The notes under the pieces are model-generated. The model saw nothing but the letters and a program-made list of their open reading frames with translations, was not told the origin of the DNA and made no database searches. From the NCBI GenBank assembly GCA_014905635.1, contig JABVCE010000012.1:124001-188000 (forward strand): a stretch of DNA of 64,000 bases, written 5' to 3'. Every line of letters begins with the position of its first letter. The stretch's first letter is position 1. Positions 1 to 13,042 of the stretch are shown in pieces. The position numbers were made by a program, and so were the translations under genes. The stretch is from Scenedesmus sp. PABB004. Taxonomy: Eukaryota.

Positions 1-28
1 CCCCCTCCTCGTCCGAGCTGCAGCCCTC

Positions 29-1043
29 CTACTCATCATCTGAGTCCCAGTCAGCGCCATCGTCCGCCGCCGCGGGCTGCTCCTGGATCCACGCGACCAC
101 GGCCTCGTGGCCCTCGCGTGTCGCCCCGCGCTCGCACATTGTGCGCCACCACGGGCAGCCGTTGGTGCGCAGCCAGCACAGCGCCTCGAGCTGCCCGTTC
201 CAAGCCGCCAGGTAGCACGTGTGATCGTCCCACGGCGCGGGCTCGGCCTGGGCGCGCGCCCAGCGCAGCATCTCCACGTCGCCGCGCCGCGCAGCAAAGC
301 GGCACACCCAGTCGCCCCAAGGCAGCGGCGGCGCCTGCGCGCGCGCCCAGCGCAGCACCGCCAGCTGCCCGCCCTCGGCTGCTCCCTCGCACACGTCCCG
401 CAGGTCCAGCCCCTGGTCGCGCGCCCACTCCGGCACGGCAAGCTGGGCATGGCGCGCTGCTTTAAGGCCCACGCCCGGGTCCATGGCGCAGCCGGCGCCG
501 CGCAGCCAGGCCAGCCCCGCCACGTCGCCGCACGCCGCACGCGCCCCGGCCAGCTGTTGCTGCTGAACCTGCTGCTCCCACCCGTCACCCTGCACCGACC
601 GCCAGGCATCCTGCACCGCCGCCAGCGGCAGCTCGGGGCAGCGCAGCGAGACACGCCTGGCGCCGCGGAAGCGCTCGCGCGCCGCCTTGCAGACCAGCTT
701 GGCGGTCCACGCCTGCAGGGACGGCGGCAGGAAGCTCAGGACGTGGAGCACGAGGGGCTCGGGCAGGTCTGGCTGCGGGCTGAGGGCGGCGCGGTGGGGC
801 GATGGCGGGCGCGCGCGTGCAGAGGTCGGCGGTGAGGCGGCGCACGGCGCCTGCTGCGCCTGGCTGTGGCTGGGTGCTCAGTGCCCGCATAGCCAGGCAG
901 CCCCACACAGGGGGGCACCAGCAGCAGCCGCGCGCCCACCTCGCCGCCGCCTCTGCACTGCCGGGCGCCTCGCCCGCCGCAGCTGCCGCCCGCGCGCGCG
1001 TGGTCGGTCCGGCGCGCCGCTTGCCCGCCGGCGCAGCAGACAT
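29..1043 (-). CDS. F-box + ankyrin-repeat protein, cassette copy 1 (2 exons)
   Basis: Exon 1 MSAAPAGKRRAGPTTRAR...AAR, donor AG|GTGGGC near 940. Exon 2 has the F-box-like DLPEPLVLHVLSFLPPSLQAWTAKLVCKAARERF, then GQLAVLRWAR / GDVEMLRWAR / GQLEALCWLRTNGCPW ankyrin-type repeats. Confidence 0.8.
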
Positions 1044-1635
1044 GGCGGGTGCTGGGGCCCTGCGGGCCAGCAGGGAGCAGCAGGCGGCGCCGGCAGCGGG
1101 CGTGAGCGCTCGGGCGGCGTGAGCGCAGCAGCAGCAGCAGAGCGCGGCGCCCGCCTCGGCGCCCAGGCGCGGCGGCGCGGCGGCGGGCCTGCCAGCGGCG
1201 CTCGAGGCGCGCAGGACCGGCAGTCCATGCCACACGCCCGCCCGCCGCGCACCCCCGCAGCCCCCGCCGCCCGCAGCGGGTGCCGTGCAGCGCGGCCAGC
1301 CGCTGCCTGCTCACCGCCTGCCCGCGCGCGCGGCTCGCCTGGCGCTGCACTGGACGGGTCAGCCCGGCCGTCAGGCGCCCGGCGCGCGTCGCCCCGCCTG
1401 GCCAGGGGCGCGCCGCGGGCGCGGGCGGGCGCTGGGCGGCGGCGGCGCGTGTGCGTGCGGGGCTGTGGGCCGCGGCCGGCGCTCGTGCGTGTGTGTGTGG
1501 CAGAGAGGCGCTGAGGGCGGCGGCTGTGTTGGGCGGCGGGCCGGCGCGCGCGGGGCCCTCCTCGGCGGCGGCGCGGGCAGCCGGCCGGGCGGCGCCTGCG
1601 GCCTGGGCCCTGCACCGCCGGCGGCCCGGCCGGGC
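1044..1635 (-). repeat. Conserved non-coding leader of cassette copy 1
   Basis: Shares blocks such as CCCCTGGCCAGGCGGGGCGACGCGCG..GGGCGCCTGACGGCCGGG and CAACACAGCCGCCGCCCTCAGCGCCTC with the other leaders. Confidence 0.85.
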
Positions 1636-1710
1636 GCGCCGCGCGGTGCAGCGCGTGCGGTGGATGCGTGTTGCAGCACCCCGCCGCGGCCCCCCCTCTG
1701 CTAGCTCGCC

Positions 1711-3301
1711 TCACACGCCGGCGCCACCGGCCGCCGCGGCCGCCGCCGCGGCCGCGGCCGCGGCCGCTCGCCGCCGCGCGTCGCGCCCGCGCTCGCTGTC
1801 CGTCTTGGCGCACGCCTCGTCGCGCTCGCCCGCGAGGCTGCACGCCGGCACGAAGCAGGGCTGGCCGTAGACGGGGTCGGCCTCGATCGGCGGCGGCGCC
1901 TGGCCAAAGATCATCTCGCAGGACAGGTCCTCAAAGTTGGGGTTCATCGTCAGCGGCATGCCAAAGTCGTTTGTGAAAAAGCTCTGCGTCGGCACCTGCG
2001 GCCCCAGGCGGCGGCGGGCGCGGGCGTCAGGCGCGGCGACCGGCAGCGGGAGAGCGGTGGCGGGCGGGGAGGAGGACGGGGCGTCGGGCGCGGGCGGCGC
2101 GGGCGGCGGGCGGCGGGCGGGCACCTAAACCGCCGCACCTTGCACATGTTGGTGCAGAGGCCCACGCAGCCGCTCGCCTCGAGGTAGCGGCACTTTTTGA
2201 TGTGCACGACGCTGCGCTGCTCGCGGACCACGCCCGGCGCCACCTCGACGTCCGCGCTGCGCAGCTCGCACTCGCCGACGAGCCACGAAAACCCGCTCGC
2301 CGCGACGGCCGCGTTGACCTCGGCCGCCCACTGCGTCGGCCGGAACAGGAACCTGCGGGGCGAGAGGGGAGGACGGGGCCGCGCGGGCCGCCGAGGCGCG
2401 GGTCGGCGCGCGAGCGCGCGGCCCGCTGCCGCCGTGTGCCGCCGGCGCCGCCGCAGCCGCGAGCGCCGCGCGGCTCACTTGAACGCGGCGGGCAGCCCCG
2501 GCGGCATCAGCGACAGCAGCACGCGCCGCACGAGCGCGCGCTGCTCGAGCGTGGTGCGGCCGCGCAGAATCTCCCGGCTGACGCGCACAAAGTCTTCGTA
2601 GCTGCTCACCCCGCCCGGCGCCACGCCTGCGCGGCGGCGGCGGCGGCGGCGGCGGCGGAGGGGGCGTCGCTCAACCTCGCGCGCGCGCGGCGCGGCTGCC
2701 GCGCGCGCTTCCTGCGCCGCGGCGCGCCCGCGACCGCGCCCACGCCCGCGCCGCGCCCACGCCCGCGCCGCGCCCACGCCCGCGCCCGCGCCGCGCCCGC
2801 GCCGCCGTGTGCCGCCGCGCGCCATGCGTCGCGCCGCGCACCCGGGCCGAGCTGGTCCGCGATCTTCCGCGTGAAGAGCGTGATGAACAGCCGGTCCAGC
2901 GGGCCGTCAGAGTAGGCCGTGCGCTCGGCAAACGGGTCCTGCGCGGCCCGGCGGTGGCGCGGCGTGTGCTGAGACGCTCGGCGCTGCCGCGGGCGCGCGC
3001 GCGGCGCCCCGGCCCCGGCGCGGCGCGGGAGGGCGGCAGTCCGCCCGGGCCGCCCGGGCCGACCAGGGGAGGGGCGGCGCGGCGCGCGGCGGCGCGCGCA
3101 TGGGCGGCGGCGCCGCACCTTGGTCGCCGCTGCTGCGGGCGCCGGCGCCGGCGCGGCCTGTAGCTCCTGCGGCTGCGCGGCCGCCTGCCAGCGCTGCACA
3201 CGCTGCCGGCGAGGGCGAGGGGCGGGGCCAATTGGCACGCCGCGCGGCGGCGCGACTGCGCCGCGTGTGGTGGCCGGCGGCCGCAGCGCGAGCGGCGGCA
3301 T
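1711..3301 (-). CDS. Beta-carotene isomerase D27-like (DUF4033) protein, 5 exons, transit-peptide-like N-terminus
   Basis: Exons encode DPFAERTAYSDGPLDRLFITLF, SYEDFVRVSREILRG, WLVGECE...VHIKKCRYLEASGCVGLCTNMCK, VPTQSFFTNDFGMPLTMNPNFEDLSCEMIFGQAPPP. This is the D27-family Cys pattern. Confidence 0.88.
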
Positions 3302-3931
3302 GCTGGCGCGTCGCTGGTGCCGTCGGTCGCCGACGATCACGGATGCTGTGCAAGAGCGGGCGGGCGCGGGAGCCTTCCGGCTTTGGCACTCGCGGCCTGG
3401 GAGCAGCAGGACCCAGCAGGCTGCTCGCCTGCCGGTGCAGCTCACCGTCCGGCAGCACTCTCTCCTCACTCCCGACCGCCTCTCGCTCGTTGCTGTCGCG
3501 CGTTCGCCACACCGCGCGCGCGCGGCAAGCCCTCGCGCCCCCGAACGCAGCGCCCCGCCGGCCCACGCGAGCCGGGAGCTCCTGATCAGCCAGATCTGCG
3601 CGGCGCAGGCCCAGCAGCGGAGCTGCGGAGGCCCGGCGCAGCAGCAGCGGCGCGCGCGCAGGCGAGCGCGGCGCGGCGGCGTGGGGCCTGCGCGCCCCGG
3701 CCCGGTGCTTCACGCGCCGGGGCCAGCGCCCGGTCCAGCGCCTCGGGCGGGGCGGCGCGCAGGGAGGGAGGGAGCGGCGCCGCCGCTGCGCGCGGGGGAG
3801 CAGCGTGGCCGACGCAGCGCCTCCCCTCTCCCGCGCCGCCCCCGCCGCAGGCCGCGGTCCGCGCCACCGCCGCCGCCGCAGCCGCCGCCGCGAGCGCGCG
3901 CGCGCGCGGCCCCCGCCCGCCCGCCGCCGGC

Positions 3932-4595
3932 ATGGCGCAGCAGCAGGAGGGCGCGCTCGTCGCGGTCATTGCTGACGAGGACACCATCACCGGCTTCCTG
4001 CTCGCGGGTGCGCGCGCGTGTGTGTATGTGTGTGTGTGGGGGGGGGGGGGGGGGCGCAGCGGCAGGCGCAGCCCCGGCAGCGGGTGCAGCGGCAGCAGCG
4101 GCGGCGGCGGCACCAGACAGAGGCGCGGCGGCGGCAGGCGTGGCGGGTGTGGGGGCGGCCGCCGAGCGTCTGCCGCCGCGCGCGTCGCCGTCGCCGCCGC
4201 GCAGGCGTGGGCGACGTCGACCTGCGCAAGCGCTCCAACTTCCTCGTCGTCGACGGCAAGACCACGGTGCGCGCGGTCGAGGCGGCGTTCCGTGACTTTA
4301 CGTCGCGCGACGACGTCGCGATCGTGCTCATCAGCCAGCCCATCGCAAACATGATTCGCCACGTCGTCGCGGCGCACAACAAGGTGCGGGCGCGGCGGGG
4401 TCGTCGGGGCCGCGGGGGTGCGGCGGCGCACGGCGCGAGGCGGCTAGCAGCGCAAGGCGCGCCAGCCCGACACAGGCCCGCCCGCCGCCGCAGCCGGTGC
4501 CGGCGCTGCTCGAGATCCCCAGCAAGGACGCGCCGTACGACCCCAACCAGGACTCGCTGCTCACGCGCGTGCGGCACCTGCTCGGCATGGCCTGA
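3932..4595 (+). CDS. VATF: V-type proton ATPase subunit F, 3 exons
   Basis: [18 protein letters not shown] | [19 protein letters not shown]...[18 protein letters not shown] | [26 protein letters not shown] at 4593-4595. Confidence 0.95.
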
Positions 4596-5416
4596 TGCGC
4601 GGCGACGGCGTGGGTGGCGACGCTGGCGGCGGACGGCGGCGGCGGCAACCGCGTGCGCCGCCCCACGCCGCCCGTGCGTGCGCGTTTCGAGTTCGTGGCA
4701 GCCTCCGGCGCGGGTGGGGCACGACGGGAGATCGCGCCGCGCGCGCGCGGGCCAGCCAGCTGGCGCGGACCTGGCGGCAGCTCCCAGGTCCCTGACCCGA
4801 ACCGCGCCTGCGTCGCGCGTCAGCTGGCCCTGGCCGCGTCGCCTAGAGCTCGCGCGCCCCCGCCAGAGCTCACCGCCCCCGCCCCCGCGCGCCTGGCGAG
4901 GCGCCGCGCGCAGCCCGCCTCCAGCCCGCCCGCCAGCCCGCGCCCCCCGCCCAGCGCGCCCGCGGCGCCCGTCCCGCGGAGCCGCGTTCATCGACCACAC
5001 CCCTCCCACACTCCTCCAGCCCACCCCGCGCGCCGGCGTGGGCCGCGCGCTCCGCGCCAGGTGCGCGCAGCGCTGGGCGGCCGGCGCCCGCCCGAGGCGC
5101 GCGGAGAACAGAGGGGTAGTTTGTGCAGCAGCGCCAGCGGGCCGCCGGGCCGGCGCGGCGGCCGGGCGCGGCGCCAGGGGCGGGCGCATCACCGGCCGGC
5201 AGCAGCAGGCCGAAGGCGCGGCCTCTGGGGCCGCCATGACCCCGCGGCGCAGCGCGGTCGTGAGGGCACGGCCTGACTCGCAGCTGGCCAGCGCCGCGCG
5301 CCTCCTCGCGGCTCACGCCGACGCCGCCCGGTGCCGCCGCTGCTGCTGCCGCGCGCCGCAGCGGCCCGCCCCTTCTTCCCTTCCTGCCGCGGCGCCGGCC
5401 AAGGCCCCCCGCGGCC

Positions 5417-8400
5417 ATGGACCCGCGCGCCGGCGGGGGGTACCCCCGCCCCGCGTACGGCGCGCCGGAGCAGCAGCACGCGGCGCTCGACGCCGCGGAG
5501 GAGGGCCTGCCGCGCGGCGACCCCTTCTCTGCGCCGCCGCCGGCGCCGCCGCCGCCGGCGGGCGCGCAGCTCTTCGCCAACCCCTTTGCCCCCAGCGATG
5601 ACGCCGGCGGCGCCGCCGCCCCCGGCGCGGCGGCCGGCTACCCGGCGCCGAGCGAGCACGCGCTGCCCGACCCCTTTGCCCCGCTGCCGCCGTGGCAGCA
5701 GCACGCCCAGCACGCCCAGCACGGCCGCTCGGTGAGCTACCCGGGCGTCGCGCTCGGCGACGCCGGCGACGACGCGTTTGGCGGCGGGCACGGCCTCGGC
5801 GCCGGCGGCGCCGGCGCGCCCGACACGGCGCCGCAGCGCGACGCCGCGCCGCGCCACGAGCACCGCGCGAGCTGGAGCGCCGGCGCCGGCGGCGGGCAGT
5901 ACCCCGCCATCGCCCCGTGGGCCGCCGGGGGCCCGGCGCCGCCGCCGGCGGCGCGCCGGGGGCGTCGCCGTTTGCCGGCGCCGCCGGCGGCGCGCCGCCG
6001 CCGCCGCCGCCGCGCCGCCGCCGCCGCGCGGGCTGCCGGCGCCGCTGGCGCACGCGCCGCCCGCGCCCGGCGGCGCGCTGAACCCGGCCAACTGGCTCCG
6101 CAAGCCCCCGCCCGCCGCGGCGCCGCCGCCGGGCGCGCGCCCGCCGCCGCTGGCGGCGGCCGCGTCGGCGGCGCGGCCGCGCGTCGTGTGGGCGCCGCGG
6201 ACGCCGCCAAACCCCTTTCGCACCGCGTTCAGCCCGCTCGCCGCGCTGATCCTGCTCGCCTTCCTGGCGGCCACCGGGTTTTACCTCTACGTCCGCGCCA
6301 CCTTCACGCTCGCCATGGGCGGCCACACCTGGTGCGCGCGCGCGCTGTGCGTGCTGGGATTGTGGTTGTGCGCGCGCGCGCTGTGCGTGCTGTGGTTGTG
6401 GTTGTGCGCGTGCGGCGCGGGCGCGGCGGCGCGGCCGGGCGGCCCGGCTGCCGCCGCTCACGCACGCCCGCCGCGCCGCCGCTGCGGCGCGTGGCGCGCA
6501 CTCGGGCAGGTACGGCGTGCTGGTGTTTGTGACGGAGCTGCTCGGCCTCACCTCGGTGCTGCCCTACGGCCTGCTGCTGCCCGTCGCGACGCTGCCGGCG
6601 GGCACGCGCGGCCTGCCGGTCGACGACGGCCGCGTCGTGCTGCCGCCGGGCAAGCGCTTCCGCGTCCACATCCTCGTCCCCTGCTACAAGGTGCGGCGCT
6701 GCGGCGGTGGCGTGGTTTGGCGGGCGGGCGGTGGCTTTATTGGCCGCTGCTGCGCGCGCGCTGTGCGTGCTGGGCGTGCGTGCGTGCGGCACACAGGCAC
6801 GCGCTGCGCACTCGCGCGCCGCCGCGCTCGCTTGCCGCCGCCGCAGGAGTCGCTCGCGGTCATCACCAACACAGTCACCGCCGCGCTCGCGGCCGAGGTG
6901 CCGCCGGGCGTGAGCCGCACGCTGTGGCTCTGCGACGACGGCAAGGACGCCGCCAAGGCCGCGTTCATCGCCACCCTCGGCGACGACGCGCGGTGAACGC
7001 CGCGCCGTCCGCGCCCGCGGCGCCCGCGGCGGCGCTCGGGGTGTGGCGTGCTGCGCCCGCCGACCCGGCCGCCGCCGCGCCGCCGCGTCGCGCAGCTACG
7101 TGAGCGGCCGCGTGCGCGCGCCGGGGGAGATTAACGGCAAGAGCGCCAACCTCAACAACGCGCTGCGCAACGTCATCTTCCCCGCCTACGCCGGCCGCCC
7201 GCCGTCCGACATCCCGGGCACCGAGCTGGTGGTCGTCTTTGACGCCGACATGGCCGCGCGGCGCAACTTCCTGTTGAAGGTGCGCCGCCGGGTGCTGTGT
7301 GTGTGTGCGCGCCCGGGCGCGTGCTTGTCTCTGGGCGCGCCTGTGTTTGCTCTCACACTCCAGAGGAGTGTGAAGTGTGTGCGCGCGCGCTGCGCGCCGC
7401 CCACGCCGCCGCGCCCCTCCCTCCCTGCCCTGCCGCCCCGCCCCGCCGTTGCAGGTGCTCGAGGCGCTGTGGGACGACCGCGTGTCGCTCGTGCTCACGC
7501 CCCAGGCGTTCAGCAACATCGCGCCGGGGGGCGACATCTTCAACAACATCAACCAGCAGTTCTGGGAGTGAGTCGCTGTTAGTTTAATTGTTAGTTTGTT
7601 GTTAGTTCAGTGTCAGTTGTGCACGACGGCGCCGCGGCTGCGGGAGGAGGCAGGGCGCGGCGCGCGCGCAGGCCCTGACGCCGCGCGCGCGCGCCGCCGC
7701 GCGTCGCCGCGATGCAGGTACGTGCTGCCCGGGTGCGACGCCTGGGGCTACATCGCGTGCACGGGGACCAACTTTTGCATCCGCGCGCGCGCGCTCGCGA
7801 CGGTGCGGCGGCGCCCCCGCGCGCGCGCCGCGGCGCCGCGGCGCGCGCGCGCGCGCTCCTGCGCCAGCGCGGGCCGGGCCCCACTCGCTGCCCCGCACGC
7901 ACACGCGCGCGCTGAACCGCCCTGCCCTGCTGCGCCCCGCCCCCCTCCTTGCCCCCTGGCAGGTGGGCTGGTTCCCAGAGTACACCATCACCGAGGTGCG
8001 GCGGCATTTGCAGCGGCGCCGGCGCTGCAGCAGCACCACCAATGCGCGCAACGCGCCCTCCCCCGCTGGCCAGCCCCGCGGCGCGGCGCCGCCCGCCCCG
8101 CGCACGCCGCCGAGCGCCCCGCCCGCGCCGCCCCGCCCACACGCCCTCCACCAATCGCCGCAGGACTATGCGCTGTCCATGGAGCTCAAGGCCGCCGGCC
8201 TCAAGGGGCGCTACCTGGTGCGTGGGCGCCTGTGCGCCTCCTGGGCCCGCGCCTGCGCCTGCGCGCCCGCGCCCGCCCCGCCCCGCCGCCCGCCGCGCGT
8301 CCACACGGCTCGCCCGCCCTAAACCGCCGCCGCGCCGCCCCGCCCTGAACCGCCCCGCCGCTCCCCCCCCCAAGGCCGAGTACCTGGCGGTCGGCGAGGC

Positions 8401-9954
8401 GCCGGACGAGGTCCGCAACGTCTGCCGCCAGCGCAGCAGGTGCGCGCTGGCGCCGCCTCCGCGCCTCCGCACCTCGCCGCCGCGCACCGCGCCCCCAACG
8501 TGCACCGCGCGCCGCACCTCCGCGCCACCGGCGCCCCGCTGAGCGCGCCCCGCCCCGCCCAACCTTGCCGTCCTGCTGGCGGGGCGCCGCAGGTGGACGA
8601 AGGGCCACATGCAGATCTTCTTCAGCCGCCGCTCGCCGCTGCTCAACGGCCGCCTGCCGCTCGTGCACAAGATGCTCTACACCAACGGCACCTGGGCGTG
8701 AGCGCGCCGCGCCGCTGCGCCGCTCTCGCTCCGCGCCCTGCGCGCTCCTCCTCCCGCGGCGCGCCCCCAACCGCCCCAGCCAACCTCCCGCCCGCCCGCC
8801 CCGCCCGCCCGCCGCCCCGCCTAAACCCTGACCACGCCCCGTCCCCTAAACCGCAGCTACTTCACGACCATCCTCACCACGCTCGTCTTCCTCTTCGTCC
8901 CGTTCAACTCGCTCGTCTTTGGCCTCCACCCGGTCGCGTTTGGGCGCGAGTTTGCGCTCGCCGCCAGCCTCTACCTGCCGCTGAACTTTGCGCTCATGAA
9001 CTACGCCCGCACGCCGCGCCACGTGCGCGGGCAGTGGATGGCGCAGGTGCGTGGGCCGATCGAGGTGCAGGGCTTAGGGCGCGCGCGCTGCTGCTTGAGA
9101 TCAGCTGTGGTGCACAGAGAGCCCGCGCGGCCCGAGCCCGCCCGCGTGCCGCGCGCGCGCGCCGCCGCCGCCCGCCGCCCGCCGCCTAAACCCCGCCGCG
9201 CCCGCCCGCTGCCCTAAACCCTGCACCCCCCAGGTGTCCAACCACATCCTCACCTTCACCTACATGAAGGCCGTCGCCAACACGCTGCTGTGAGCGCCCT
9301 GCGGCCGCGCGCGCTGGGGCCGGGGCCTGTGGCCCTCTCGCCCGCCGCCGCGCGCCCGTCTCTCCTCTTCTGCAGCCTCGGAGGCCTCACACGCCCGACC
9401 GCCGCGCCCCGCACCGCAGCTCGCTCGCCGGCGTCAAGGCGACGGCAGGGTTCAAGGCGACCGACAAGTCGGGCGGCGACGCGGCGGGGCCGCTCGGGGC
9501 GATCAAAAGCCTCATGAACCGCGCCGGCAGCGGCGGCGCGCCAGGCGCGGCGGCGCCCGGCGGCGCGGCGGCGGGGCCGGCGCCGCCGCTCGCGGCCGCG
9601 GCCGCCGCGGCCGCGGCCCCGCGCGGCCCGCCGCCGCGGCCGCCGCCGATGGCGTCCAAGCTCGTCGTCGGCGGGGACGGCCGGCCGTACGCGCTGCCCC
9701 CGCGGCCGCTGACGCCGGCGGAGGTCATCCAGGCGCAGCTGCGCGCGCGCGGCGCGCGGGCGGCGCGCCGCGCCGCCGCCGCGGCTGCTGGGCCTGGGTC
9801 AACGCGCGCACGCTCGAGGGCGCGCTCGACCCGCTGTTCCTCGCGTTCAGCCTCTCCGTCAGCGCCGCCGCGCTCGCGGCGGGCGTGTTCAGCGTCGTGC
9901 GCAGCGGCGCGCTCGCGGTGCGCGTGAGCTCGTGGTCCGACTTCACCCAGGTGC

Positions 9955-10022
<68 letters not shown>

Positions 10023-10783
10023 TGGCGGGAGGGAGCGAGCAGCCCTGAGCGGGCCCCTGAGAGGAGCCCTGAGAGGAGCCCCGAGCCCGCCCTGTGCCCC
10101 GAGCCCTGCCAGCCCTGCCCTGGGAGCCCTAAACCCTGCGCCCACCGCCCGCCCTGAACCCCAGGTCTTTACGAGCGGCCGGCTCGACGTCTACCTGCTC
10201 GTGCCGATGCTCTGGGCGCTCTACAACGCCATCCCCCCGGGTGAGGGGCGTCACTCTTGATGTTGTTTTGCTGTCACTGACGAGTTTTGTTGTCACTGAC
10301 CCCCGCTTGCTGTGTGCGTCCGTCGCCGCCGCGCCGCCGACCCGCACCCGCTCCCCCACCTTGCCTCCCTTAATCCTAAACCCTAACCCCCCCCCTGCCC
10401 CCCCCCCTAAACCCCGCAGTGCTGTTCTTTGTCTACTTCTTCCACAAGGGCCGCCTCCTCCGCGCCCTCGCCTCCTTCCTGCGCGTCTTCGGCACGCTCC
10501 TCGCCCTCCGTGAGCGCCGCCGCCGCCGCCGCCGCCGCCACGGCCGCGGGGCGCTCGCGCGCGCGCGGCCCGCCGACCCCGCCCGCCGACCCCGCCCGCC
10601 GACGCCGGCCGCCGCGCGCGCCCGCACTGCGTAGTCGCGATCGGCTCGCTGTGGCTGGGCATGGCCGTGCCGTACCGCGGCGCCGTGGGCGACGCGCCGA
10701 TCAAGGCCATCTCCAGCTCCCTCGGCAGCGCGATCAGCAAGGCGCGCGCCAACATGCCCGCCCTGCCGCCGGGGGCGCCCTGA
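5417..10783 (+). CDS. GT2 processive glycosyltransferase, cellulose synthase BcsA/CesA-like, many exons
   Basis: VHILVPCYK|ES, LCDDG, NGKSANLNNAL, VVFDAD, LTPQAF, CTGTNF, TITE|DY, QRSR|W (D,D,D,QxxRW), then several hydrophobic TM exons; TGA at 10781-10783. The start and two GC-rich stretches (~5950, ~9760) need a frame correction. Confidence 0.9.
9968..10019. repeat. (GT)n microsatellite in an intron
   Basis: Perfect GT dinucleotide run. Confidence 0.95.
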
Positions 10784-11350
10784 GGCCCGGGGCCCTGGAG
10801 GCCAGGAGGCGGCGGCGCCCCGGGCGGGAGGGAGGTCTTTCCCGCGAGCGGCGCAGAGCGCGCCTGTGCGGCGCCTGCAGCTGCGCAGCATGCGGATTTA
10901 GTCTAGACGCCACGTGGCCCCCGGCCCGCCATTTTGTTGCCCCAAAGGCAAGTCGATTTCGTCGCAGCGCGCCGCGCGCGCGCGCGCGCGCCCAGGCGCC
11001 GCCGCCACGCGGAGGCGCGCGGGCCGCGCGCTGCGCGGCGCCACTGCCAGCAGCACTGCACCGCCGAGTCGGAGGGAGAGAGGGGCGCTGCGCTGCTGGG
11101 CTCGGCTCTGTCTGTCTGTCTGCCGCGCGCATGCAGCCCATTGTTTTCAACTTCCTGGTTGCCAGCGGGCTGGATGCCGCCGCGCGCATGCCGCGTCGGC
11201 CGGGCGGCGGCTGCAACACGCCGTGCGCCGCGACGCACACCCACACAGGCATGCGCGCTCCCATCCCCCCAGCGCCAATGCACGCCGCGCCAGCGCCAGC
11301 GCCCCGCTGTGTAACGCAGTCGCTTGCTCGCCCGTGCGGCGGTGGCTCAC

Positions 11351-12233
11351 TCACTCGGGCTGCGCCCGGATCCACGCGGCCACAGCTGTGTGGCCACACT
11401 CAGCCGCCACGCGCTCGCACTCGCCACGCTCCCACGGGCAGCCGTTGGCGCGCAGCCAGCGCAGCGCCTCCAGCTGCCCGCGCTCAGCAGCCCTGAAGCA
11501 CGCCCACAGATCCCACGGCGCGGGCTCGTCCTGGGCGCGCGCCCAGCGCAGCACCGCCAGCTGTCCGCCGTGGGCTGCTGTTGCGCAAACGCCCCCCAGG
11601 GCCTGCATCGCGATGCGCGCCCGGTACATCGCGGCGAGCTGGCCGGCGCGTGTTGCTCCCCAGCTCACGCTCCAGTCCCGGTGGCCCCAGTCCATGTTGA
11701 GGATGTCGTAACCGCACACTGCGCGCAGCCAGGTCAGCCCCGCCACGTCGCCGCACGCCGCGCGTGCCCTGGCCAGCCGCCCCTGCTGCCACCGATCACC
11801 CTGCGCCGCCCGCCAGGCCTCCTGCACCGCCGCCAGCGGCAGCTCGGGGCAGCGCAGCGAGACGACCGTGGCGCCGCGGAAGCGCTCGCGCGCCGCCTTG
11901 CACACCAGCTTGGCGGTCCACGCCTGCAGGGACGGCGGCAGGAAGCTCAGGACGTGGAGCACGAGGGTCTCGGGCAGGCCTGTCCACGGGCTGCGGGCGG
12001 CGCGGCGGGGCGAGAGGGGGTGAGCAGGGGAGGGGCGGGGGTGGGGGGGGGGGGAGGCGGTGAGGCGGCGCGCAGCGCCTGCTGGAGCTGCCTCTCGTTG
12101 TTGCGCGCCCGCCAGCCAATCAGCAGGCGCACCTCGCCTCCTCCTCGCCGGGCCCTTCCTCGCCTGCTGGCGCCGCCGGTGCGGGCGCGAGCGACAGACC
12201 GGCAAGCGAGAGTTCTGCCGGCGGCGATGACAT
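11351..12233 (-). CDS. F-box + ankyrin protein, copy 2 (type-B exon 1, one repeat fewer, replaced middle segment)
   Basis: Exon 1 MSSPPAELSLAGLSLAPAPAAPAGEEGPGEEEAR. Exon 2 PWTGLPETLVLHVLSFLPP...GQLEALRWLRANGCPW. Confidence 0.8.
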
Positions 12234-12850
12234 GGCGGGATGCTGGGGCCTGCGGGCCAGCAGGGAGCAGCAGGCGGCGCCGGCAGCGGGCGCGAGCGCG
12301 CGGCGGCGTGAGCGCAGCAACAGCAGCGCCCGCCCCGCCCGTGGCGCGGCGGCGGGGCGGTGTGCCTGCCAGCGACGCCCGGGACGCGCAGACCCGGCAG
12401 CACACGCCACACGCCCGCCACCCGCGCACCGCCGGCGCCCCCGCCGCCCGCAGCGAGCCCCGCGCAGCGCGGCCCGCCGCCGCTGCCTGCTCACCGCCCG
12501 CCAGCGCGGCTCGCCTGGCGCTGGTCTGGGCGGGCCGGCCCGGCCGTCAGGCGCCCGACGCGCGTCGCCCCGCCTGACCAGGGGCGCGCCGCGGGCGGGG
12601 CGGGCGCTGGGCGGCGGCGGCGCGCGTGCGTGCGGGAGCTGCAGGCCGCGGCCGGCGCTCGTGCGTGCGCGTGCAGCAGGGAGGCGCTGAGGGCGGCGGC
12701 TGTGTTGGGCGGCGGGGCGGCGCGCGGGGGGGGGCTCCTCGGCGGCGGCGCGGGCAGCCGGCCGGGCGGTGCCTGCGCCCTGGGCCCTGCACCGCCGCGC
12801 GCCTGCCGGGCGTCGCGGCGCGGCCGTCGTGTGGTCAGCCGGTTGCCAGC
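12234..12850 (-). repeat. Cassette leader, copy 2
   Basis: Same conserved blocks; bounded by the GCTGGCAACCGGCTGACC motif at ~12833-12850. Confidence 0.85.
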
Positions 12851-13020
12851 GCGCGCGGGGCGCCGCGAGCATCAACTTTCAACGCTGCCACCGCCACAGC
12901 ACACGCGCGCAGCGCGGCCCGCTGGTGCGCCCCCGCACACGCGCACAGCCAGGCAGGCGCGGGCAACCCCAGAGCCCTACGGCGAGCGCGCAGCCGACCG
13001 CTGCAGCCAAGCATCGTGCC
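12851..13020 (-). repeat. Conserved 3' trailer of the cassette (also ~17660-17870, ~19460-19630, ~40590-40790)
   Basis: Shared block GCACACGCGCACAGCCAGGCAGGCGCGGGCAACCCC and AACGCTGCCACCGCCACAGCAC downstream of copies 3, 4, 5 and 7. Confidence 0.8.
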
Positions 13021-13042
13021 CCCCTCCCCCCATCCCTCCTCC

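Noticed and set aside
1044..1635. Cassette leader as protein-coding (recurrent PWPGGATRVGRLTAG translation)
   Set aside because: Copies differ by many indels that are not multiples of three and share no start codon. A structured RNA role remains untested.
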